From: Octopus bimaculoides | Taxonomy: Eukaryota | Length of the DNA: 58,484 nt | Direction: 5' to 3' | Assembly (NCBI RefSeq): GCF_001194135.2 | Contig: NC_068988.1 | Coordinates: forward strand, 17,268,482-17,326,965 | Shown here: positions 48,016 through 58,484 of the stretch, piece by piece | How the letters are laid out: every line of letters starts with the position of its first letter | How positions within the stretch are numbered: position 1 is the stretch's first letter | Notes under the pieces: model-generated | Database searches by the model: none | The model's input: the letters and a program-made list of their open reading frames with translations, nothing else | Told to the model about the DNA's origin: nothing | Program-made: the position numbers and the translations under genes

Positions 48016-48020
<5 letters not shown>
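47810..48020 (-). mobile_element. SINE S2 right arm, degenerate, ending in (CA)n and a gap
   Basis: gactacagccatgctggggcaccgccttgaag...ttaccgaaccgttaggttac...gtaaacacc. Confidence 0.75.
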
Positions 48021-48083
<63 letters not shown>

Positions 48084-48326
48084 GCNNNNNNNNNNNNNNN
48101 NNNNNNNNNNNNNNNNNNNNNNNNNNNNNNNNNNNNNNNNNNNNNNNNNNNNNNNNNNNNNNNNNNNNNNNNNNNNNNNNNNNNNNNNNNNNNNNNNNNN
48201 NNNNNNNNNNNNNNNNNNNNNNNNNNNNNNNNNNNNNNNNNNNNNNNNNNNNNNNNNNNNNNNNNNNNNNNNNNNNNNNNNNNNNNNNNNNNNNNNNNNN
48301 NNNNNNNNNNNNNNNNNNNNNNNNNN

Positions 48327-48359
<33 letters not shown>

Positions 48360-48389
48360 ACATATATGTATGTTGGTATGTATGTATGA

Positions 48390-48600
48390 AGGCGGCGAGG
48401 TGGCAGAGACGTTAGCACGACAGCCAAAATGTTCAGTAGAATATTGTCCGTCTTTGTTCTGAGTTCAAATTACTACACTGTCAACTCTATGTGATGCTCT
48501 CCGAGTGGATGAACTAGACACCAGTTGAGTAATGGCATCGGTGAAATCGTGTTACTCCCTCCACCAAATTGCTGGACTTGCAGAAATTGCAACCGATATA
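48390..48600 (+). mobile_element. SINE S3, degenerate
   Basis: aaggcggcgaggtggcagagacgttagcac...gttctgagttcaaatt. Confidence 0.7.
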
Positions 48601-48624
48601 TATATATGTGTGTGTGTGAATCTT

Positions 48625-48790
48625 TTTTATTGTCCTTCATCAGGCTTGACATCCAGTGCTGGTTTGTTTATGTCCCCATACTATGACAATTCAGCAACGG
48701 CAGTTAGATAAAAAAAAAAAGCAGAAAATAACTACTGAGGTGGATTTGTTTCACCTTAAATCATTCAAAGCGGTGCGACCGCACACCTAC
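48625..48790 (+). mobile_element. SINE S2 right arm, degenerate
   Basis: gcttgacatccagtgctggtttgtttatgtcccc...aaagcggtgc. Confidence 0.55.
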
Positions 48791-50892
48791 AGTTTAGTGA
48801 CTATATATATATATATATGTATGTATAGGAGAGTATTGTAGTTCGTTTGAAGCATTGTGTATTGTTTGTAAAGAATAAAAAGTTTTGAATGCACTATAAT
48901 ACAAAAAATGGACTATATACCTGTTGTAATTTAGTTATCTATAGTCCGATGATATTTCGGAATTACAATTGTTTCTTCAGATATTCTTAGATGGAGTCTG
49001 CTATAAACGGTTTTCTTTTTTTTTTTTCGGAAGCGTCTCAGTAGTGGTCTCACGAAGCTTCTTCCAGGATTATATATATATATATATAAAAATCTTATCC
49101 CTACAACCCACACAAAACAATAAATTAAAATNNNNNNNNNNNNNNNNNNNNNNNNNNNNNNNNNNNNNNNNNNNNNNNNNNNNNNNNNNNNNNNNNNNNN
49201 NNNNNNNNNNNNNNNNNNNNNNNNNNNNNNNTTTGGATATCATGTATATTTAAGTATCTATCAGCAAGCTAAGGGTGGTTGCCCGGCATTATCATCTCTA
49301 TTGAACTGCTAATTGACAAATAAATTACCTTTAAAATGTTATTTTCTGTTCAATTCAATTACGTAACGTTGAATTTGTTCTAGAAAATGACTTCTTGATT
49401 TATTAGTCGGGATATTTCGTTGCTAATTCAGCAATGGTTGTTAGCAAACACCCACTGCAAATACCAGATAATTTATTGCTAACATCAATTATATTATTGA
49501 TATTATATATTTGGATAAATGATTAAGGAAATATTGGAAGTATATAATTAATTGCTGCAGTTACCACTATCTTATACGTTGTCATATTATAACGTAACAT
49601 TCACAACCTCAGCGTTAAAAATTCTGACCCATGTATATATACGAGAGTAGGGAACTGTAGCAGCCGATAGGATATTTATTTGCGAGTATTATTCAATTGC
49701 AATTTAATATGACCAGTTTTTATGGACAGGGTATAAAACTCACATGAAGCAATCTCTCATTTTGTTTCCTCGTAAGAGATCGATATATATTACCTGAAAT
49801 TCTGGAAACCAAGCATTCACAAATTAGACATTGACAATTGTATGTGTAGAGCCATGCATAATCAGTAAAACACAGACGTCGGAAATATGAAAGCAAAAGC
49901 AGCGAAGCGTTAAAAGCCTTAGATCTGAACTGCGAAGTTTAGTATTTCTCTCATTGATCTCATGGACAAAAATGGGATACCTTACCAAGTAGGACTTTTG
50001 TTTTCTGTGTTATCAAGTCATTGTTTATTCATTGACATTCACATGAAACTAGAAATGAGTAATTTTCATAACCGGAAATTTCCAGGCAAAATGTGTCTTG
50101 CATGCCTTTTATTATATTTTTTTAACAACAGGATATGAGTATTGTGACGACAGATGAATGACTTAGATCTTTTACACTGGACACCGGAAATCATCAGGGC
50201 AAACCGGATAAATAATGATGTTACTAATGCTATTAAAATGTCAAAAGAAAAGACATATTGGGATATTGTAATCCGATAAAGAATCAAAAATAATTATTCA
50301 CAAAATTTATGCTTCACAGTAAGAGACCTTGAGTTTTTTTAACGTTTCATAAGGCAGAAATAGTGGGGGAACGGGCATGGTATAGAGAAATTACAGCTTT
50401 TAACATAACAATTGCAATTCCTAAGATAGAAGACTGTAATATCTCGGACACTCACTATGGGGAGAGGGAAAGAGTGGGAAAAAGGGAGAGAAATTTAAAG
50501 AGAAACAGATAGAGAAATATACTAAGGGAAGGAATGAGTACTTACATTTAAAAACAAACTCACAGTTGACATACCATTTGTATGTGGGCGTAAATGTGAT
50601 GTGAAGAGGCTTATCATAACTATGTGGTAAAGAAGTTTGCATCAAGTCATAATTTTCGAGTTGCCGCCATTGTATGTCTCTTTTCGCAATAATCTTCTAC
50701 TGTAGTGTAGTGATGCTGCATGACCAATGTGGATGCACATTTTGAATGCAATTTGGTAGGTGAGAACTATTCAGAATCTTGTCACACATAAATGAGGTTG
50801 CGCGTTTCTGTTCACGCTTGCACTCGCGCTATCTGTGATTGTCTCCAGCACTTTGACAACCTGTTTTGGTTCGTTTACATTCATATACTGAA

Positions 50893-50902
50893 AATAATAA
50901 TG

Positions 50903-50975
<73 letters not shown>
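50893..50975. repeat. (AAT)n microsatellite, tail of the adjacent minus-strand S3
   Basis: Direct reading of the sequence. Confidence 0.92.
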
Positions 50976-50984
50976 TGATGAAAA

Positions 50985-51172
50985 CAATCCTTTCTACTGA
51001 AGGCACAAGGCCTGAAATTTAGAAGGAAGAGATAAGTTGATTACATCGACTCCAGTAGACAACTGGTACTTATTTTATCGTCCTCCGAGCGGATGAAAGT
51101 TTATCTCGACAGATTTTGAAAGACCGCTAAACATTTTGCCCGGCGTCCTAACGACTCTGCCAATGATGACAG
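50985..51172 (-). mobile_element. SINE S3, internally deleted
   Basis: atcctttctactgaaggcacaaggcctgaaattt...accgctaaacattttgcccggcgtcctaacgactctgcca. Confidence 0.85.
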
Positions 51173-52039
51173 GCCTCGACTAAACCCTTGAAGGGCCCTG
51201 TCCACTAACTGAAACAGGAAAAAAGTTAAAACAAGTGTGTGTATGTCCTCGGGTGTCTGTATGGGTGCATGACTGTGAATAACTTTAAACCAATTATATC
51301 CTGAAAGAATATAAACACTGGCCCTGATACAGAGAAAAAAAGTGTGCCTTAGGACGAATATTTTCCTGAAATTTGTTTTGCGTTAAGTTTATCAGATGCA
51401 TCTTTGGCACACTCGTTCTTAGGAATAGAGTGTACCAGAGATTGTTGGTCAATTAATGTGAAAGCTAAAAAGAGAGATGGATATATTTTGGAGCGGGGAA
51501 ATGAGAAGAGAATTGTTGACTCGCTGGATAGGTTTGACGTCGTACAGTATCAGCATTTATGTATGTATGGTTATGTGTTCGTTCGTGAGTAACTCTAAGT
51601 GTATGTGTGTGTGTGAATGTGTGTGTGTGTGTGTGTTTATGACTGAGTGTTCTCATTTAGTTTTCGTTTATATCTTCATGCATCGAAAGAGTAACATTCT
51701 AAGAAGAATACTAAGCATTATCACTGAAATGAAGGTAACAAACAAATTCATATATTAAACTTAAGAAATTTCTTGCATATTTTTTACCGTTACGCCTTAA
51801 AGACTGTATTGATAATGCGCATAGTAGCTGGTTAATTCCATTGCTGAAAACCCTAAATTTTCCAGGTTATAACTCGGAAAAATCAAGTGTAAAATTTATC
51901 CGTAGTTATATATGCAGGTATGAATACATACACGTATACTATCTGTATGTGTGCATAAGTATACACCCATATTTCAAAATGTAACCACATGTGAATCGTT
52001 GGCGATTTTCTTCCTCCGACTTCCCATCTTTTGAACTTT

Positions 52040-52170
52040 CCGGTTTCAGAAGAAGAGCGTCTGCTCGAATCTTTAAAGCATTATTCTTTTCGTTCCTGAA
52101 CGTCTGCTAATACATTGCATGTACTACGATCTTGCGTTCTTGATTTTTTTTGTTTTTTCTTCATTTTTTT
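52040..52170 (+). mobile_element. Penelope-like terminal fragment, diverged relative of family H1
   Basis: CAGAAGA-A-GAGC gtct GCTC-GAAT..., then ttcctgaacgtctgctaatacatt, similar to the 3840-3875 tail. Confidence 0.45.
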
Positions 52171-52220
52171 TCGCGGGGGAGGGGGGTTACTATACATCCA
52201 TATATAAATATGTATATATA

Positions 52221-52275
<55 letters not shown>

Positions 52276-54094
52276 NNNNNNNNNNNNNNNNNNNNNNNNN
52301 NNNNNNNNNNNNNNNNNNNNNNNNNNNNNNNNNNNNNNNNNNNNNNNNNNNNNNNNNNNNNNNNNNNNNNNNNNNNNNNNNNNNNNNNNNNNNNNNNNNN
52401 NNNNNNNNNNNNNNNNNNNNNNNNNNNNNNNNNNNNNNNNNNNNNNNNNNNNNNNNNNNNNNNNNNNNNNNNNNNNNNNNNNNNNNNNNNNNNNNNNNNN
52501 NNNNNNNNNNNNNNNNNNNNNNNNNNNNNNNNNNNNNNNNNNNNNNNNNNNNNNNNNNNNNNNNNNNNNNNNNNNNNNNNNNNNNNNNNNNNNNNNNNNN
52601 NNNNNNNNNNNNNNNNNNNNNNNNNNNNNNNNNNNNNNNNNNNNNNNNNNNNNNNNNNNNNNNNNNNNNNNNTATATATATATATATATATATGCACACA
52701 TATATACATACATTAAATATATATATATATTATATTATATTATATTCTTACGAACGGGACGTGGCTTTGATGTCAGGTATTTTATTGAAGTTTCTGAACT
52801 TTGATGAAGAGAAGTGCTGCATAGAGATGACACACATATACTAGTACATTTACATATATATGTATGAACACAGCTGCACACACACACACACACACACACA
52901 TGCACATATGGAAATACAATGTCATTGTGAAGCATATAGTTTTTTTTATATATACATGATATTACTGCATTGATGAAAGCAGCCAGATAAACTGTGTAAG
53001 AGGCTCATTTACACGTGAATTACGTGCAATAATGATCAATGCAGTCAGAAGAAAGATAACAATATCCTATAAAGTATAGACCACCAAATGCCAATACTAA
53101 ATAATAAAGCGTAATATTTTACCTTCAATATATCATACATTAGAGAATGAAAATATTGTAAACGTAATTAAAACGGAAAATAAAATATCAATATATATAC
53201 ATGATTGCGATAAGCATCACAGAATTATATGTGAAATCTTTTAGAAGGTAGAAAAGATTTATAGGCAAAGCTTTTCCTGTTAATATCATTATATTAGATC
53301 TACATAATTTAAGTTTCTTTTGATGATACGTGTGAAGGTGGGTAGTCTAGATGGTACGTTGTTCAACTAACAGTCATGAATTGACGGTTTCGATTCCTGC
53401 ACCGAGTGGTGTATTGTTATTACATTTTAAAGTTACTCTACTCAGGTATAATGAGTAGCATTTGGTTAATAGTTACATTGCTTTCCCTCTAATGTTGCTT
53501 CGTGGTGGTTCCTCTGAGTGAAGTGAAGAAAAGCGATCTATTAGATGGAGTCCAATTACACATAACGAAATCAAAGTCCATGCTTAAATTCGCAAGCGAT
53601 TGACGGTTGGCTCTTTAAGTACCACTGCATAAAATATCTTTCAATTACAGCGTAAGTACCTCTGTGCTTTCGCTCTACATCTGCTTGAAATTCCTACCGA
53701 ATCCACCTCAGATCGGACCTTCATATTCTATATTAACAGGACAAATCAGTTAATGTGCTTTTGCATATTTTATTAAAGTTATATTACATTAGAATACTGC
53801 CAAAGACTGTTTTCTAACGGACATTGATGTTGAGATAACTACCACAGTTCTTGCTACATGTTTCTGTCTCAATTCCCCAAACACGCCACATAACTGAACC
53901 TCTTGAGCCTTCTCCACCTGTTGTGTTACAGCGCACACTATGTCACCAAACCTGACATATTTCCTGTATAACCAGCCAGTAGTGATTACTGATGATCGCC
54001 CCTCTTATATTACGTACACACAGCGGCAGTTATCACCTACACTCATCAAGCAATTCAAAAGTCCACTCTCTCCTTCTCTCTCTCCCTCTCTCTC

Positions 54095-54166
<72 letters not shown>

Positions 54167-54518
54167 GTATAATTTAATAAAACTTAGTAATTTCGGGTAC
54201 ATGAGAAAGAATCTGCATATAACCATCTGTAAATTTTTCTATTAGATTTTTGGTCTTGGATGAAGATTTTACTCAAAAGGGAAGCTGTGCTCGTAAGGGA
54301 TTTTAACCTTTTTATGTAACCGCTCTGCACGGATAAAACGATTTTCCTGTAGCTTTGTACGCATCAACTGGTCTCTCCTCAGTACATACGATTTGAATCG
54401 AACGTACCGTGTACCAAAATTCTAGTATCAACATCGATAATCTTTTAAAACCGCCGTATGACATTTATTGTCCTAATAATCTTCTGACGTTTAGAATTTT
54501 CTTTTTTCTTTTATGCAG

Positions 54519-54589
54519 TTGAAACTTTCATGCTGCAGGCATCAGATTCCATCCGATCTTTATGTACAAAAGATAGGCAAAAGTTGTAA
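54519..54589 (+). CDS. Weak candidate terminal exon (ETFMLQASDSIRSLCTKDRQKL*)
   Basis: Very strong acceptor aattttcttttttcttttatgcAG; one open frame to TAA. Confidence 0.22.
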
Positions 54590-54813
54590 AGATAGCAACT
54601 TCTAAATTATTGTGATACGCACATATGTTAAGAATGTCTTCATGTCTTTTCGTTTCTTGTGTTAACATTTTATCTGCTATAGGAAAGGGTGTCGAAATAA
54701 ATGAAAGTCTTTAAATTGTTTTAAATAGAGTAATATTGTTATCATTATAAGTTCTCGAATGCCGCTCAAAGATCCTAATTATACATACATACATATATAT
54801 ATACATACATACA

Positions 54814-54847
<34 letters not shown>

Positions 54848-55646
54848 NNNNNNNNNNNNNNNNNNNNNNNNNNNNNNNNNNNNNNNNNNNNNNNNNNNNN
54901 NNNNNNNNNNNNNNNNNNNNNNNNNNNNNNNNNNNNNNNNNNNNNNNNNNNNNNNNNNNNNNNNNNNNNNNNNNNNNNNNNNNNNNNNNNNNNNNNNNNN
55001 NNNNNNNNNNNNNNNNNNNNNNNNNNNNNNNNNNNNNNNNNNNNNNNNNNNNNNNNNNNNNNNNNNNNNNNNNNNNNNNNNNNNNNNNNNNNNNNNNNNN
55101 NNNNNNNNNNNNNNNNNNNNNNNNNNNNNNNNNNNNNNNNNNNNNNNNNNNNNNNNNNNNNNNNNNNNNNNNNNNNNNNNNNNNNNNNNNNNNNNNNNNN
55201 NNNNNNNNNNNNNNNNNNNNNNNNNNNNNNNNNNNNNNNNNNNNNNNNNNNNNNNNNNNNNNNNNNNNNNNNNNNNNNNNNNNNNNNNNNNNNNNNNNNN
55301 NNNNNNNNNNNNNNNNNNNNNNNNNNNNNNNNNNNNNNNNNNNNNNNNNNNNNNNNNNNNNNNNNNNNNNNNNNNNNNNNNNNNNNNNNNNNNNNNNNNN
55401 NNNNNNNNNNNNNNNNNNNNNNNNNNNNNNNNNNNNNNNNNNNNNNNNNNNNNNNNNNNNNNNNNNNNNNNNNNNNNNNNNNNNNNNNNNNNNNNNNNNN
55501 NNNNNNNNNNNNNNNNNNNNNNNNNNNNNNNNNNNNNNNNNNNNNNNNNNNNNNNNNNNNNNNNNNNNNNNNNNNNNNNNNNNNNNNNNNNNNNNNNNNN
55601 NNNNNNNNNNNNNNNNNNNNNNNNNNNATATATATATGTATATATA

Positions 55647-55680
<34 letters not shown>

Positions 55681-55683
<3 letters not shown>

Positions 55684-55830
55684 GAGAATTTACGAAAACA
55701 AAAAAAAAACAGACGAGGGCAGGTGGTGTAAACAACAAATGGATGTATTAGTTTAACGCTCGGGAATAGAGAAAGCCTTTAACTTTTCGAGCCACGCTCT
55801 TTAAGAGAAAGAATAAGGAGAAAAACTAGT
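55681..55830 (-). mobile_element. Penelope-like terminal fragment, family H1, inverted copy
   Basis: Reverse complement matches 3790-3930 (GAGC gtg GCTC GAAA, ttcccgagcgttaaactaatacatccatttgttgtttacaccacc). Confidence 0.65.
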
Positions 55831-56102
55831 ACTCGGATACCGGTGGCAGAGTAATATGCTGTATTTAAACACAGCAAAAATATCACAAAATGTGTTCAGC
55901 AGCGTTTACGTTCCCGTTCGTCGGACAATTTTGTTTAGAATGGAACAAAAAAGGTTATAAGCACAAATATACAGTTAGTTTGATAGATAAACATTTGAAA
56001 ATAGTTTTTTGTTTCATTGGTCCTATCAACTAACGGTCTTTTCAATAACCGGTTGCATACAATAATAAATTGAAAGAAACTGAAAGAAGCCCGTCGTATA
56101 TA

Positions 56103-56256
56103 TATACGATGGGCTTCTTACAGTGTCCGTCTAACAAATCCACTTACATGGATTTGGTTGGCACGCGGCAATAGTACAAGACACTTGCCCAAGGTGCCAC
56201 GCGGTGGGACTGAACCCGGAACCGTGTGATTGGTAAGCAAGCTACTTACCATACAG

Positions 56257-56258
<2 letters not shown>
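56103..56258 (-). mobile_element. SINE S2 left arm, joined palindromically to a short plus-strand S2 fragment (56078-56100)
   Basis: tatacgatgggcttctt...acacttgcccaaggtgccacgcggtgggactgaacccggaacc...gctacttaccatacag. Confidence 0.88.
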
Positions 56259-56327
<69 letters not shown>

Positions 56328-56657
56328 CATATATATATATATATATAACAATTAGAAAATGGAGGATAATATGCTGAACCCAACTACTTGCAGACGGTGT
56401 ATCCCGTTGAATTCATTAATTTAATTCATAGCAAAAGTGACAAAAAAGAAAGAAAAAGAAAGAAAGAAAGAACCAAAGCACAGGTGTCTATGGCAGAGAT
56501 ACTATCCCTTAGTGGGTTAAACCCCCAACCCCAAACTCTCTCACGTTATATATAATATAATATATTAGGATAAAAACTGTATAAGAATTTATCAAGTAGT
56601 TAACGTGAAAAAACCTCATAAGAAAAAAAAATCATTTTTTTCCGTAAATATATACAA

Positions 56658-56698
<41 letters not shown>

Positions 56699-57588
56699 NN
56701 NNNNNNNNNNNNNNNNNNNNNNNNNNNNNNNNNNNNNNNNNNNNNNNNNNNNNNNNNNNNNNNNNNNNNNNNNNNNNNNNNNNNNNNNNNNNNNNNNNNN
56801 NNNNNNNNNNNNNNNNNNNNNNNNNNNNNNNNNNNNNNNNNNNNNNNNNNNNNNNNNNNNNNNNNNNNNNNNNNNNNNNNNNNNNNNNNNNNNNNNNNNN
56901 NNNNNNNNNNNNNNNNNNNNNNNNNNNNNNNNNNNNNNNNNNNNNNNNNNNNNNNNNNNNNNNNNNNNNNNNNNNNNNNNNNNNNNNNNNNNNNNNNNNN
57001 NNNNNNNNNNNNNNNNNNNNNNNNNNNNNNNNNNNNNNNNNNNNNNNGAGCCTTAGAGCTGAAACGCATAACGGAATATATTTCGGTGAAATATGAAAAA
57101 AATCGCAGAAAACGTGACATCGGAATACACAAAAAGCGTGAGAACATCTATTTAGAATGCTAAGAGAGGGAGATAACGAAAGAAGAGACAAAGACAGGGA
57201 GAGGGAGGGGGAGAAGAAAGAAAGACAGAAATGAAAGAAGGAAAGAAGGAAGGAAGGAAAGAAAGAAGAAAAGAAAGAAGGAAAGAAAGAAAGAAAGATG
57301 AGGGAGAATGTGGGCTTGAGTTTGAGACCTAGAGATTGTATGAGAAAGATAGACGGATAAATATTTGCAAATATATTACATGTTGATATGGAGAATGGGA
57401 TAGAAAATCTTTTTCAAACTAGAAAGAAGAAAGCGAAAAAATAACTATGGGTGTGAAAATAATTTAGATTGTTGAATCTATGGAATAAATATCTACTTAG
57501 CATACGTCTACTTATCAAAATATGTTACAACGTAGGTTCTCCTTATTACATGAATACCGTGTGTTATATTCTTCATATTAAATTTTGA

Positions 57589-57637
<49 letters not shown>

Positions 57638-58484
57638 TATATATATATATGCACATATATATATGTATTATATATATATAATATATATTATGTATGTGTA
57701 GTATGTGTATGTGTACGCTTGTGCGAGTGCGTACGCAACTGTAATTTGTATATAAATTCAAACATATAATTGCATAAATTGCACACATCAAATTAAGAGT
57801 ATATAATTAACTATAAATAATCATTTATGAGAGTATTTCCACAAAGCCAGATACTTATACATGCATACACCATTCATCTGTATTTGAGTATGTAGCTGTG
57901 TTGTGTTTCAACGCATAACATTAAATACTTAGATGCGTCTATTATTGTTATGCGTGAAAGGTACTTCATTGCCTGAAGCATATTGCTTAATTAAGAATGT
58001 ATTTTCGTGAACATGCGTTAAATGATTCCCATGCTTATTCGCACATGCTTATCAGTAATATTCAGTGTATGAATTTATGTTGGCCTTTTTCATTATTTAT
58101 CACAAATTTTTAATTGAATATGGAATCCTCGGCGAATTACGAATCGATGATAACATCCGAAAATAAATAGCATGGGAGACAACTCCTACGTATATCAAGT
58201 AGTGTTTATATAAGTAGTGGGAATAAAAAAATCAAATACACATGAAGATTTACACGCACACACAATTTTCGTTCTATATATGACGTATGTATACATACAT
58301 ATAGGTGAATATTTTCATACACGTATGTATATACATACATATATAAATTCATACATATATATATATGTATGTTTGAATGTATGTATAGCTTAATTGTATA
58401 TTATATATGCATATATACTAAGTATATGTATATATATAATATATATATATAAATGTACACACATTAGTATATATATATATATAT

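Noticed and set aside
1-58484. CRISPR arrays, rRNA genes, operons or other prokaryotic systems
   Set aside because: No regularly spaced repeat-spacer arrays, no rRNA-like sequence and no gene-dense segment; the sequence is eukaryotic.

Overview
AT-rich, repeat-dense eukaryotic genomic DNA from a draft assembly with about 16 N-gaps, nearly all flanked by microsatellites. The SINE families, the microsatellite load and the transposon types look like an octopus (coleoid cephalopod) genome; this is an inference from recalled family structure, not a database hit. No complete protein-coding gene is recognisable. The window contains: (i) four tRNA-headed SINE families, here called S1-S4, in more than 30 copies or fragments; (ii) two decayed Tc1 copies and one decayed mariner; (iii) two 5'-truncated L1/Tx1-type LINE ends with (ATT)n tails and one R2/R4-type (RLE) LINE end with a (TACA)n tail; (iv) several Penelope-like termini with hammerhead-ribozyme-like motifs, one with an intact catalytic core at 32542-32569; (v) isolated candidate exons, including a strong Yn-CAG|GTAAGA site at 9692/9693; (vi) a speculative, heavily decayed intronless Cys-loop-receptor-like segment at about 6940-7448. 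Most ORFs in the supplied track are microsatellite or N-gap artefacts.
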